DNA of 63,365 nucleotides, filler included, from Octopus bimaculoides (GCF_001194135.2; 3 parts of 3 records of this genome joined end to end with filler, not necessarily neighbours in it), one strand, 5' to 3'; positions 25,540 to 38,479 are shown, counted from the first letter of the whole stretch. The notes: generated by a model not told the origin, from the sequence alone. Program-made: numbers and translations.

Positions 25540-26386
25540 GGAGGTCTGATCAGTAAATATCCAGACTGTTACCATAGTAACGAAGTTACAGCACGCAGAG
25601 TAAAGCCGCTTGGCACAGATAGACCTTAACCTCTGCTGTGCATGCGCACTAAGTTTTATCGTTTTAGCTTACTTCTATTGTTTACAGCAGTACTTGGAAA
25701 GAAAGTGTGTAGCGTGTGATCGTCGCATTGACAATGACAGAGTAAGTTGAGCAGAGAATCTGCATTAAATTTTGCCAAAAGGTTGACGATACCTGCTCAG
25801 AAGCTTACGCAAATTTTTTAAAAAGTTTTCATCGTTCTCAACACAGTGAAGGAGATTTGTGCAACTGAAACCCGAGTGTCTTTTTGGTCAACCAAAAACA
25901 GTTTTTGCAGACACACGTCTCAAACCCAAATCTTCATTGATAATGGACTGAACTAAATCGTAATTAATCTGTACATACTCTGATAACTCACAGATGATGA
26001 TTTGACAATTTTCCCTCACAGCTGCATGCACATCTGCGATGCTATTTTTTTTCAGTTCTACTGGTTGCGAGTCTTCCAGAACGTTCGTCAATATCGACAT
26101 TTTTCGGCCATCTTGGAAACGTCTGAACCACTCTTATACTTGTGTGTGGCTCATACAATTCTCTCCATACACTTTCTGCAACTTTACGTAGATTTCTGAG
26201 CTGGTATCGCCAAGATAACTTTCCCTGTCAAGGTCAATGCAACAATCACATGCTACATATCTTCTTTCCAAGCACTGCTGTGCATTCAAACAGAATCCAA
26301 GGCCAATCTATGTCAAGCGGCATCACTCTGCGTGATTTAGCTTCATTACTATGGCAACAGTCCGGATACTTATTGATCAGACCTCG
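25540..26386. mobile_element. Mariner-derived element made of two 5' halves in inverted orientation
   Basis: TA-flanked inverted ends (G/C)GAGGTCTGATCA.TAA.TATCC.GACTGTT.CCATAGTAA; + strand EQRICIKFCQKVDDTCSEAY; - strand WFRRFQDGRKNVDIDERSGR..VQSIINEDLGLRRVSAK..DQKDTRV..CVENDENFLK; junction ~25813-25818. Confidence 0.8.
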
Positions 26387-26431
26387 TATATGTATGTGTG
26401 AGAATGTATATATACGTATGTATGCGTGTGT

Positions 26432-26475
<44 letters not shown>

Positions 26476-26537
26476 TTTTTGTATTTATCCAGTGCGTATA
26501 TTTATTATTGGTGTAATGACCCTACCAATATATAATA

Positions 26538-27034
26538 ATATATATATAAATATAGCTATGCTGACGACACATAAGTCGTACAACAGTCAAGGAACCTCCT
26601 GGTGCAAATCTTCTACAGAAAGGCCTAGATGCCATGCATAAATGGGCTGAGGAGGACAACATTCAATTTAATGCAGGCAAATTCTAACTCACTCTGCTAC
26701 CAGCTAATTGCTGCTCAGAACCCGCAAAAACGATATTTTGGACCAAAATTAGCGGCAATCCCAGAATCACATACGGTGCATGATCTCGGGATTGATACGA
26801 GCAATGATGTCTTGTCATACTAATTTTGGTCCAAAATATCGTCTTTGCGGGTTCTGAGCAGCAATTAGCTGGTAGCAGAGTGAGTTAGAATTTGCCTGCA
26901 TTCAATTGAATGTTGTTCTCCTCAGCCCATTTATGTATGGCATCTAGGTCTTTCTGTAGAAGATTTGCACCAGAAGGTTCCTTGACTGTTGTACGACTTA
27001 TGTGTCGTCAGCATAGCTATATTTATATATATAT
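26538..27034. repeat. Long inverted repeat: 215-bp arms (26538-26752 and 26820-27034), 67-bp spacer, 6 mismatches
   Basis: Base-by-base comparison; left-arm mismatches at 26598, 26623, 26636, 26655, 26669 and 26729. Confidence 0.95.
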
Positions 27035-27660
27035 CACCAAGAGATGGCAGTGTGCAGGCGAATGGCCGGGTGGGTTCTGAGAACCTTCAGAATAAGGGAC
27101 CAGAAAATTATGCTGGGCCTGTGAAGGACATTCGTCCTCAGCCGTCTGGACTACTGCTGCTTTCAACTTTGCTCACCCTACAGTCTCAGATTAATAACGG
27201 AACTTGAGGCAGTTCAGCAATGTTACACAAGGAAGATTACATCACTGGAACAGCTGAGCTACTGGGAGAGACTGAATGAGTTACAGCTCTACTCTCTGAA
27301 GCGAAGACGACAGAGGTGTGCGGTATGGAAGATCCTGGAGGGGTTGGGGCCAAACCTCGAAACTGAGAGCTATATCAAACCTCGAACTGGACAACACTGT
27401 CCTGTTTCAAAGGTCCCAGCTGTTCCATCTAGTGTGAGAACCATGTTCTGCAATAGCTTGAAATTCAAAGGTCCACAGCTATTTAACGCCTTGCCAAAAC
27501 ATCTGAGGGATCTTCATGGAGTGAGGGTAGACGTTTTTAAGAAAAACAACTTGACCCCTTACTATCCAAAGTCCCAGATGAACCAATATCAAGGCAGGAA
27601 ACTCAAAAGAGGGCAGCAGTGTCGAACTCCCTTCTTCACCAAACGCCAATCACAGCCTTA
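26553..27660 (+). mobile_element. CR1-clade LINE 3' fragment (YADD to 3' end), interrupted by the inverted duplication
   Basis: SYADDT..LQK(G/D)LDA(M/I)HKWAEE(D/N)NIQ..AGKF..VHDLGI, resuming after 27034 with RRMAGWVLRTF..RTFVLSRLDYC..LEAVQ..SYWERLNELQLYSLKRRR..KGPQLFNALPKHLRDL. Confidence 0.9.
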
Positions 27661-28106
27661 GGGTTGAAACGTATAAAAGAATGAAAGAATAAAAGAAAAA
27701 AATATGTGTGGTTATGTGTATGTGTGTGTAGCAAATATGCATAGAAAATTTTATCGTAAACATATCTGGGTATTAATAGGGAAGTATACGTGAGCCGAGC
27801 TTTTTTTCCCTACGTGTTTTTGTATGTATATTTGTGCGTACGCGTGATAATATTCATGTAAATATATAAGTAATAATATATGAAGACGAATGAATGTTGA
27901 CTATTGATTAGCGATAAATAAATAAAAATCTCCAGAAACAACTCTCCTGTGACATTATATTAGTCTAGTTCTGTTATACAGGAGACATTTTGTTCTTCAC
28001 ATTTGCCGATGAGCCGAAATAGACGGAGAGACACCAATCATTTATTCATTGCTAGTAGTCAGCCAGGTGTCTCAAAATTACACTCTCAAACGTAATCAAT
28101 TTTGGG

Positions 28107-28152
<46 letters not shown>

Positions 28153-29344
28153 NNNNNNNNNNNNNNNNNNNNNNNNNNNNNNNNNNNNNNNNNNNNNNNN
28201 NNNNNNNNNNNNNNNNNNNNNNNNNNNNNNNNNNNNNNNNNNNNNNNNNNNNNNNNNNNNNNNNNNNNNNNNNNNNNNNNNNNNNNNNNNNNNNNNNNNN
28301 NNNNNNNNNNNNNNNNNNNNNNNNNNNNNNNNNNNNNNNNNNNNNNNNNNNNNNNNNNNNNNNNNNNNNNNNNNNNNNATATATATATATATATATATAT
28401 ATACATCTACACATATTTGTATACATACATATATATACATGCACATATACAGTATATGTGATGCGTGTGTATGTGTGTGTGTACATATACATACATGTAT
28501 GTACGTGCATATGTATGTATGTTACAGTTCTTCCATTTTATAACCTTGTTAATAGTAAAGAAATGTACAGATTTCCGTTCGATATTTTCTTTACATACAC
28601 CTTCATGAACATGTGTGTGTGTGTGTTGTGTGTGTGTGAGTGTGTGTGTGTATTTATGTATGTATGTATGTATGTGTGCATATATATATACATGCATGTA
28701 TATGTATATATATGTGTGTGTATGTATGTTTATGAATACGTATACGTATATATGTGTGTGAGGGCGTGCATGGATGTGTGTGCGTGCGTGTACACGCGTG
28801 TGTATTTTTAAATATGTGTGTTTTTAAATAACAATGTATTATTTCGGAGATTCATAACACAGAAATGAAATACTGAAAAATTAATAATAAATAACCATGT
28901 TCCTCATTATTAACTCTACATTATTATGTGCATATTCATACATGCATATATATACATACACACATGCATATATATACATACACACATGCATATATAAATA
29001 TATGTATATACTGATGTGAAAGTCAAGTCGAGGCCCCTGGCAATAGACGTAAAAATTTTACATTATCATGTCTCATACTTTACTGATTGCAGCGGGATCT
29101 TTTCAGTGACACATGTACTAGACATTTCAGAGTTTCACACGTACACACACGCACACACGGACGCACCCTGCCACATACACATACACGCACAGGCCACTAT
29201 GCCTCCCTCATATAATATAAATTGCGTTCTTTGTTAATTTGAACTTTTTTGTAAAAAAACATTTTTTTTGATAATATGGTGTTTTGTTGTAAATGTTTGT
29301 TACCTTTCTAACGGTCATTCTCTCTGTCTTTTTCTTTATCTATC

Positions 29345-29390
<46 letters not shown>

Positions 29391-29669
29391 ATTACAAATC
29401 TCACACACACATACATATACACACTCGCACACACACACAAGCGCGCACACACACACACTCATACATACGTGTGTGTGTGAAATAAATCTATTTTTACCAA
29501 GGTATTTGAAGTGGATAAAGCTACAAAAAATACCTTGTTCAATACTGTAGAACTCGAACCCATATCTTCTGTGAATATGACAGACGACGCTGTGTGTGTG
29601 TATATATATATATANNNNNNNNNNNNNNNNNNNNNNNNNNNNNNNNNNNNNNNNNNNNNNNNNNNNNNN

Positions 29670-29732
<63 letters not shown>

Positions 29733-29735
29733 TAG

Positions 29736-29782
<47 letters not shown>

Positions 29783-29907
29783 CTTGAATATGTATCGTAG
29801 ATACAAAGTAAGGGGGAACGAAAGAGAAAGTGAACGAATGAGAGAGAGCTAGATACTCAATAGGTACATCTTTATACACCACATGATACCCACTAGACAT
29901 TATACTA

Positions 29908-30690
29908 CAGGTGTTCGGGCTAAGTTTGACGATTTTTATATCACCTTTTTTTGTTTTTTTTCAAGAACAACTTTTTTTATTAAAGGGCAATCAACGGTGA
30001 TGGACAGAATAAACTTTAAAGAAAACGTTAGCTGACATTGATTGCTACTCAATTCTATGGGAACAGTGTAAAGGCTCTAAGACATTATATCGACAACTGC
30101 AACGGAGACTACGAAACCGTAGCTGACAGTTAGGAACACAGCATGCATTCTGACTACGTCTACTCGTCAGGATTCATTCCCACATCATTGAACAGGGTCT
30201 CAGTTCAGATGACTATACAAAGTTGCTGGAGACTGTGGTCAATCTCTGGTTTGAGAGGGCTGCTGCCAGAAGGCCATGTGCAGCAGCAGGAATTGCCACA
30301 TCTCTGAAAAGTGTCAGAAGTGGTTGTCAGAGAATTTTCTACGACTTCAACAGCCCTTATTTCTGGGCTCCTAATTCCCTTGATTGTAATCCCATGGATT
30401 ACTATGTGTGGGATGCATTTGAGAAAGACACCAACATTCTGCCTGCAACACCAAGGCCGAGCTGGTAACCAAGATCAAAGAGATGTTCGAATATCTTCCT
30501 AGGAATGCATGCGCCGGACTCCGGAGTCTTTTTGAAGCCATAGTGGAAGCTGAAGGCGACTACTTTTAGTAAACTGTTATCTCCTAACCATAATTTAGTT
30601 AATATTTTTTTTTTTTTTTAAATACTTCTTTTATGGAATATTGAGTTTTCCTTGGTAAACTGTAAATCATATCACACCATTTGGCTATAG
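29908..30690 (+). mobile_element. Internally deleted Tc1/mariner-superfamily element (maT/DD37D-like)
   Basis: Starts TA|CAGGTGTTCGGGCTAAGTTTGAC; C-terminal transposase relic CQKWLSENFYDFNSPYFWAPNSLDCNPMDYYVWDAFEK..FEAIVEAEGDYF*; right end degenerate and approximate. Confidence 0.75.
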
Positions 30691-33393
30691 TGTTATATAG
30701 AAATACAATAAACTATTAAGTACTTATAATTAGGTTTCTATTTTTTAACGCCAATGCAAAAGGAACTTCAGTAGAAGAAATTATAATATTGTGGTAGATT
30801 ACATAACTAGAATAGAGCTGCGGTCAAAATACCGTTTAATGTTTTGTTCCAACTGTGTTAATCTTTTATTTTGTAATAATCATAATAGGCCACCATAAGA
30901 GTATATTATAAAACCTTTTTCTCTATTTTCATAATGTCTCAGAATATACTGATTGTGTGTTAGTAATACACACCTAGTAATTGTAAATAACTTTCTCCAC
31001 TTACTAGAAACATAAGGGAAATATCAATGGTAGATAATTTACATATAATTTACTATATCTGTAGTTTAATTATAAATAACTAATAATGTTTTGTTACAGC
31101 TGTTATGGGGTCGAAGCTTGGGTCTTTGGATCAACTAATTTCTTGACAATAATATCAGCTAATTATTCTTTAGAAACCTCCTTTATTCTTCATTCTGGCT
31201 GCATAGTATAAAACAGACCCTTTTCTTATTCAGCTGTTATACGAAGACTTAGTGAGATTTGTCATGTAACCCAATTTACCTATAAGTGAACTTAAATGAA
31301 AACTAGATCCTAAATATTCGAAATAAAACATGAATGTTGAAACATCGGCTTCATTGATTTTTCACTAATAAATTTTCAACTAAGCTTCTGCTAATTCAAG
31401 GCGAACAGATTCGAATGTAAATAAGAAATGTAAATGTTTTGTAAACCAGATAACAACCGCCCCCGAAACACTTTTAAGATTATATGAATCGTTACTTACG
31501 CACTACATATAACTGGCAACCAGCGCCTCGCCCACGTGATGGGGAAATAAATTGCAACGTAAATGAAATCTAAAACATGAAAATCTAATTAGAATGGTTA
31601 AAAATGATTATAGTACCATGCTTTAAATATGAACGTAGACCCGCTGTTATCTCTTGGGGAAAACATACACACTTGAGTAGCTTTATAGAAAGACGAGGTA
31701 ATATCTAATCACTTTATCTAATACAACAATTCATAGTTTCTTTCTGTCAATATTTTCATCAATTTCATCTGTTCTACAACACACATTCTAAGAAATGGGG
31801 GAGGGGAAATGACTGAAGTAAACATTCGTGTTTATTCAATGATCGGAATGGAAAAAAATGATATCTGCATAAATAGGATTTCGTGCATTAATAAAAGCAC
31901 AATTGGTAAATATATCTTTGTTATCAGTGAGCAATTCTTCTAATATTACAAAAATTCCATAACACAATTAATAGCAATAAATAGGTTCGAATTTTATGTT
32001 ATAGTTTGAGTCAATTTACTGGGAAATCAGAAAGCAATTTTATAGATCTCAGTTTATTTGAAAAGTGCATCTGCTTTTCAATTACACTTTTGATAATGCT
32101 GAATTGATTATTATAGAACTGAAATATAAAAAAAATTTTGTTGTGGCAATATCAAATTTCGGTATTTTAGGTTGATTTCAAAGAGTTTAGAATATAATTG
32201 ATCTAGTTTCGCTGTAAAAAGACGATATGACAAATTCCATATATTGTTCGTGAATGCAAATTTTGACAGAATGTATTATAAATATTTGTTCCATTTCTTT
32301 CAACAACCACGCATGGCTCATCGAATTCGATGGATATGATTTTGTATTAAGTTAGTTATATCCAATGAATTTTTCAATATATACAATGTTAAGGTTAGTT
32401 ATCTTTCCCATGACTTTATCGCTCTTTAGATCACACGCTAGAAGTGACAATCGGTATTTATGGTACAGAGCACGTTTTAAGCCAACAAACATCAATTTTA
32501 CCGCGAATTATCTACGAGATAATGGTGAAAATACACAACCGTGGCAGATTTCATTTGAACATATCTGGCTGATTTAACTGACGTTTACTGGATTTACATG
32601 TAAATAAACATAATATATTTGAAATCGTGAAATTTATATTGGAAATTTATAATCCTACGAAAGATGGCGGGTTCTTCCATTTCTCTGATTCGCATCTGGG
32701 GAGCTAACGACAAGATTAAGGTCAATAATTTACGCTTTAAGCAGCATTAAGTAACACCCGTGGTTTTGTTCCGAATGACAGCTATACTTGTTGAGCAATG
32801 ACTTCACACAAATGTCTCTGAGTAGATCTCGTTCCTGATAAAGAGGCGCTACTTAATGTAGTTACAAGTCATTATACTAATAATAAAGACAGAGATAAGT
32901 CCAAATACTGGACAATAGCTTTTGATTATTTCGATTGACTAAACAGGTTTCCTAGATATGCAGCTGGATTTTCTTTTGAGATACAACTAAGTGGAAGAAT
33001 ATACAGACCTACTAGCAATGTCCTTCAATTACAATATTAGATGGAAGAAAGACACTTGTGTCCTTATTTAGATCCAAGACAGCGTAAACATTATTGTTAA
33101 GTGTGATGTAATAATTAAACTCGTTTAGAACCAACTGGCAGTATTTCGATAATGTGTCAGATGAAGATGTTACACACTGATGTTAGCCAAATGATGTGGC
33201 AGCTATCTTGCGGAGAAATCGTCAGTACTACAGCATCTATCTGTTCTTGTATTTGTTCAGTTTCTTTTATTTTGTTAAAAGCAATTTCCAGCATGAGATT
33301 GTCTCATGGTTGAAATATATTTCTAAAAAGTTATATTTATATTTGTAATATGCAATGTTCTTATGATGTTCTGATCTAATGATTATTGTGAAA

Positions 33394-33465
<72 letters not shown>

Positions 33466-33474
33466 TGTATGCAT

Positions 33475-34340
33475 ATATCTGGTCTTGATACCGAAATTTC
33501 GTATAGAATCAACAAAGCTAGTACTGCCATTGGTAGGCTTGACAAGCGTCTCTGTTCACGCCATAGTATGTCTATCCAGACTAAAGTTAAGTTTTATAGC
33601 ACATGTATTCTGCCAGCATTGCACTATGGAAGTGAGACATGGGTTGTTTACCGTAAGCATTTAAGGCATTTGGAACGATATCTTCAATATTGTGTTAGAA
33701 AAATTTTTGGAATAAATTGGAGAATGGTGATGTGGAGGTACTGGAGAGATGATTCTGCAAAACCGTTTGAGATAGAGTGGACATCTGATGAAATGAATGA
33801 CGAAAGACTTCTTAAGCAACTTTTGTATGGTGAACTGAAATAAGGTAGGAGACCAGCACATAAACCCAAAATGAGGTTCAAGGACTACCTCAGAATTTCT
33901 CTGACACAGACAGGAGTTTCAGTTGTTGATTAGGAGAGAAAGGCATAAGGCCAAAATAGATGGAGGAAAAGAGTGCACAGCGGTTATTCGAAGTTTAAAA
34001 GAGAGAGAATGAAGCACGAGAAGATCAAGAGAAGGCTTAGAAAGAATGAACCTGTAGAAAATGAAGGAATGTTGCTTTTTACAAGTATAATTTGTGGGAG
34101 GAAATGCCTGAGTTATACAGGAATCAACCCCTTGTAAGTTGTGGGTACGGTTATTGTTCATAACAGAACATGAGCAAGATGTGGATAGGTGTGCCTTTCC
34201 GTTGAAGGATTGAAAAGACATGTCAAGAGATTTCATACTGTGGCGCCTGTACCTTCTGACAGCCAGCACAGATGTGCATTATGCAACAGAATGTACAAAT
34301 CTTTGGCTGGGTTCAAGAGTCATACAAGGGCCTTGCATTG
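33475..34340 (+). mobile_element. RTE-clade LINE 3' fragment
   Basis: EISYRINKASTAIGRL..TKVKFYSTCILPALHYGSETW..DERLLKQLLYGEL..GRR..KPKMRFKDYL..C-terminal zinc-finger-like relic LCNRMYKSLAGFKSH. Confidence 0.9.
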
Positions 34341-35373
34341 CATCATCAATGACTCATTTCAATGATCCTTTCTAGCAATGGGTTTGCTCGCATACAAGAA
34401 AGCAGCTACTATAAACATACAAACATACATACATGCATACATATATACATATATATATATATATAAACAAATAGTAAATGAGTATATGCATATATACGTA
34501 CAGGTATGTGCGTACCGACATCCACCTGTATGTATAGGTGCATATCTGGGTACAGGACATTGCAAACAAAACGTAGACGAGAAAACACACAAGCCACATA
34601 GAGAACATTCTACTTCATCAGCNNNNNNNNNNNNNNNNNNNNNNNNNNNNNNNNNNNNNNNNNNNNNNNNNNNNNNNNNNNNNNNNNNNNNNNNNNNNNN
34701 NNNNNNNNNNNNNNNNNNNNNNNNNNNNNNNNNNNNNNNNNNNNNNNNNNNNNNNNNNNNNNNNNNNNNNNNNNNNNNNNNNNNNNNNNNNNNNNNNNNN
34801 NNNNNNNNNNNNNNNNNNNNNNNNNNNNNNNNNNNNNNNNNNNNNNNNNNNNNNNNNNNNNNNNNNNNNNNNNNNNNNNNNNNNNNNNNNNNNNNNNNNN
34901 NNNNNNNNNNNNNNNNNNNNNNNNNNNNNNNNNNNNNNNNNNNNNNNNNNNNNNNNNNNNNNNNNNNNNNNNNNNNNNNNNNNNNNNNNNNNNNNNNNNN
35001 NNNNNNNNNNNNNNNNNNNNNNNNNNNNNNNNNNNNNNNNNNNNNNNNNNNNNNNNNNNNNNNNNNNNNNNNNNNNNNNNNNNNNNNNNNNNNNNNNNNN
35101 NNNNNNNNNNNNNNNNNNNNNNNNNNNNNNNNNNNNNNNNNNNNNNNNNNNNNNNNNNNNNNNNNNNNNNNNNNNNNNNNNNNNNNNNNNNNNNNNNNNN
35201 NNNNNNNNNNNNNNNNNNNNNNNNNNNNNNNNNNNNNNNNNNNNNNNNNNNNNNNNNNNNNNNNNNNNNNNNNNNNNNNNNNNNNNNNNNNNNNNNNNNN
35301 NNNNNNNNNNNNNNNNNNNNNNNNNNNNNNNNNNNNNNNTATTAATATATGACAATATATATCGAGTCGATAT

Positions 35374-35505
35374 GGGAGGTTGCTTAACCGGGATTCTGTG
35401 AAATTTGCTTACTCCGCTACGAGAGACCTTGCACAAATAATAGCGCCCCACAACACCCGTAGAATAAAAGAATTTTAAAAATATAAACCCAACCGAACAA
35501 AAATG
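35374..35505 (+). mobile_element. Penelope-like element fragment (RT to GIY-YIG linker)
   Basis: LLNRDSVKFAYSATRDLAQIIAPHNTRRI resembles the PLE pattern IFNRN.VK.SYSC..N..QII..HN.K. Confidence 0.55.
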
Positions 35506-35854
35506 GGATAATATATCTAAAGTAATGACCGAAAGGAATATGCGAATAATATTGATACTAGGAGTAACTATAACTACGTAAGGAATACTAGTGGTAGTGA
35601 AAAAGGTATTAATTATGCTGCTAATAGTAAAATTAAGTGAAATAATAGTGGGGACGATCGACGAGGAAAAGGCTATGAGAAGTGAAATAGTAGCGTTGCA
35701 AATGAGGCCAATGGTAGTGAGTGGACCGGGGCCCACATTGGGAAAGTTGAGGGAAGCATGGTAGAATGGAAGTGGTAACAATAAAAACAATAGTAACTAT
35801 AACACCTATATAGTAACTACCTAGGTAAAAGTAATAACGTTCATTATAATAATG

Positions 35855-36062
35855 CTTTCAAGTTTTGTCAAGGGTAGCCATTTTAGGGGAAGGAATGAGT
35901 CGATTACATCGACACCAGTGTTTCACTGGTACTTAATTTATCGACCCCGAAGCGGTGAAAGGCAAAATCGATCTTTGTGGAATTTGAACTCAGGACGTAG
36001 AGACGGACGAAATACCGCTAAGCATTTTGCCTGGCGAGCTAACGATTCTGCCAGCTCACCGC
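35855..36062 (-). mobile_element. tRNA-derived SINE, family B
   Basis: Shares GTACTTAATTTATCGACCCCGAA..GGTGAAAGGCAAA.TCGA..GAATTTGAACTC..AAATACCGCTAAGCATTT with seven other copies in the window; B-box GAGTTCAAATTCC on the minus strand. Confidence 0.9.
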
Positions 36063-36154
36063 GCTAACGCTCATAATAATAGCATTAGTAGTAATTATAG
36101 TGTTAATGACTATAACAACAATAACTACAACAACAATAATAATGGTAATAATAA

Positions 36155-36490
36155 TCCTCTGAGATTTACTAATCCAAACAGATCAGGTGATAGAGCATAA
36201 CAGACCGGACTCAGTTTTGGTATATAGTTGACGTTGCATGCCTCTTTGACTCACGAATATTCAAGAAGGAAGGCGAAAAGATAGTTACATACAACCCTGT
36301 TAAGTACGAAATAGTCCGGCGGCTATGGAAAATGAAGAGGGTGAAGATAGTGTCAATTATTGTTGGGTCCTTGGGAACAGTATCAGAAGGCATCAAGAGG
36401 AATATAAAGGAAATCGGAAAGAGTGCCCAGTAGAAATGTTTCCTTCTGTGGCACGGTCAGAATAATCAGGAGAGTATTAGATGGATGAAA
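36155..36490 (+). mobile_element. R4/Dong-like RLE retrotransposon 3' fragment
   Basis: IQTDQVIEHNRPD..IVDVACLFDSRIFKKEGEKIVTYNPVKYEI..LWKMKRVKIVSIIVGSLGTV..GTVRIIRRVLD. Confidence 0.8.
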
Positions 36491-36581
36491 AGAACGAATA
36501 GCACGATCACGTAGGCTGCAGGTAGTAAGCTCACTACACATGCAATACTGCACGAGTTCCAACAAAACTGTTGATAAATAG

Positions 36582-36639
<58 letters not shown>
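36582..36639. repeat. (TAA)n microsatellite between R4/Dong fragments
   Basis: Direct reading. Confidence 0.95.
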
Positions 36640-36640
<1 letters not shown>

Positions 36641-37830
36641 CTGGTACGAACATAAACCCGAAGGCATCATCGAAAAGGATAATGCAAAAATCTTATGTCA
36701 TTTTATGATTCAGTGCGACCATGAGATAGAGAATAGGAAACCAGATATAGTGTCAATTGAGAAAGAATGCAAACGATGCTGGATCATAAGTATAGCATAC
36801 CCAGCTGACAAGGTGTGTGATAAGGAAGAATGCAGCATTAGAGCAGGAGAAAACAACAAAGCATGGTATGTAAAAATTGCCACAGAACCGCTATTATTAG
36901 AAGTAAGAAGGTCAAGCTTGTGCAGGATGAAAGACTGCAAAGATAATGCACTATAGAAGAAATTGAAAACGAATGAAATTGAAAATAGGCAGGTAAAGGA
37001 AACGAATGCATGGTCAATTTCATAGGGATATTGAAGATAAGACAGACAGAGAAAAAAGATGGCTGTGGATGACTAAAAGTGATTTAAAACGGGAAACGGA
37101 GGCTCTAATCTGTGCTTCCCAAGAGCAAGCACCAAGAACAAACTACATAAAATACAGAATAGACAACACAGCAGAAAGTGATAAGTGCAGAATCTATGGA
37201 CAAAACGGTGAAACCGTATGGCATATTACCAGTCAATGTACGCTAATAGCCCAGAAGGAATATAAGAGACGCCACGACAATATCGCTAGTTTTGTCCATT
37301 GGACACTTTGCAAGAAGTATGGACTTGATAGAGAAAGAAATTGGTCCAACCACAAACCTGAAGGCATCGTCGAAAATAGAAATGCAAAGATCCTATGGGA
37401 TTTTATGATTTAGTGCGACTATGAGATAGAGAATAGGAAGCCGAACATAGTCTATTAAGAAAGAAAACAAACTATACTGGATCATAGATATAGCATGCCC
37501 AGCTGACAACAAGGTATGCGATAAAGAAGAAAGAAAAGTCGAGAGATATGACAGGAAGTTAAGCAGTTGTGATCGATGAAAAAAGTAGCAGTAGTACCAA
37601 TAATTGTCATAGCCTTAGGAACAGTGAGCAAAAATCTCGAGAAGTACGTGGAACAAATAGAGGCTGCAATAAGGGTGGAGCACTTGCATAAAACAGCACT
37701 GCTTGGAACTGTTCGAATACTCCGGAAGGTGCTCGAAAAATAAGAGTTGTTGCCTTAGTTTACTGGTAGTGAACAGTTGACACTGTAATACATCTCCAGC
37801 GTTAGAAGCTGTGCAAAGGCAATAATAATA
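36640..37830 (+). mobile_element. R4/Dong-like RLE retrotransposon 3' portion, with an extra RLE segment (36640-36836) in front and an (AAT)n tail
   Basis: MHGQF..WMTKSDLKRETEALICASQEQA..CR..CGQNGETVWHITSQC-type CCHC relic..RRHDNIA..KPEGIVEN..KILWDF..RKP..IIDIACPAD..KTALLGTVRILRKVLEK*, then a 3' UTR and AATAATAATA. Confidence 0.9.
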
Positions 37831-38213
37831 CCAACCACATGGTTCCGGGTTCAGTCCCACTGCGTAGCATCTTGGGCAAGTGTCTTCTACTATAGCCTCG
37901 GGCCGACCAAAGCCTTGTGAGTGGATTTGGTAGACGGAAACTGAAAGAAACCTGTCGTATATATGTGTATATATATATATGTATGTGTGTGTATATGTTT
38001 GTGTGTCTGTGTTTGTCCCCCCAACATCGCTTAACAACCGATGCTGGTGTGTTTACGTCCCCGTAACTTAGCGGTTCGGCCAAAGTGACCGATAGAATAA
38101 GTACTAGGCTTACAAAGAATAAGTCCTGGGGTCGATTTGCTCGACTAAAGGCGGTGCTCCAGCATGGCCGCGGTCAAATGACTGAAACAAGTAAAAGAGT
38201 AAAGAGTAAAGAG
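37831..38213 (+). mobile_element. tRNA-derived SINE, family A (5' head partly missing)
   Basis: GGTTCCGGGTTCAGTCCCACTGCGTAGCATCTTGGGCAAGTGTCTTC..internal (TG)n..GGCGGTGCTCCAGCATGGCCGC..GAAACAAGTAAAAGAG. Confidence 0.9.
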
Positions 38214-38226
38214 AATAATAATAATG

Positions 38227-38290
<64 letters not shown>

Positions 38291-38292
38291 TA

Positions 38293-38470
38293 TAAGAACA
38301 AAGGCTGAAATTTTCGGGTATCGGGTAGTCGATTGCATTGACACCGTTGATTCACTGGTACTTAATCTATCAACCCCGAAAGTATGAAAAGCAAAATCGA
38401 GCTCAGGTAACGACAGACGAAATGTCTTTAAGCGTTTTACCCAGCGTTCTAACGATTCTGTCAGCTCCCA
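38293..38470 (-). mobile_element. SINE family B, degenerate
   Basis: Homology to the other family B copies. Confidence 0.75.
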
Positions 38471-38479
38471 ACATATATC

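Noticed and set aside
28006-28035. CCGATGAG-CCG(AAATAGA)CGG-AGAGAC, hammerhead-like
   Set aside because: Several core substitutions and no stem I or III pairing
33785-33812. CTGATGA...CGAAAG
   Set aside because: Lies within RTE coding sequence (SDEMNDERL) and has no stem II; coincidental
34378-35790. Long ORFs of 324 and 390 aa, and similar X-, HT-, YI-, CV- or ER-rich ORFs across the window
   Set aside because: Produced by N-runs and dinucleotide microsatellites; not genes
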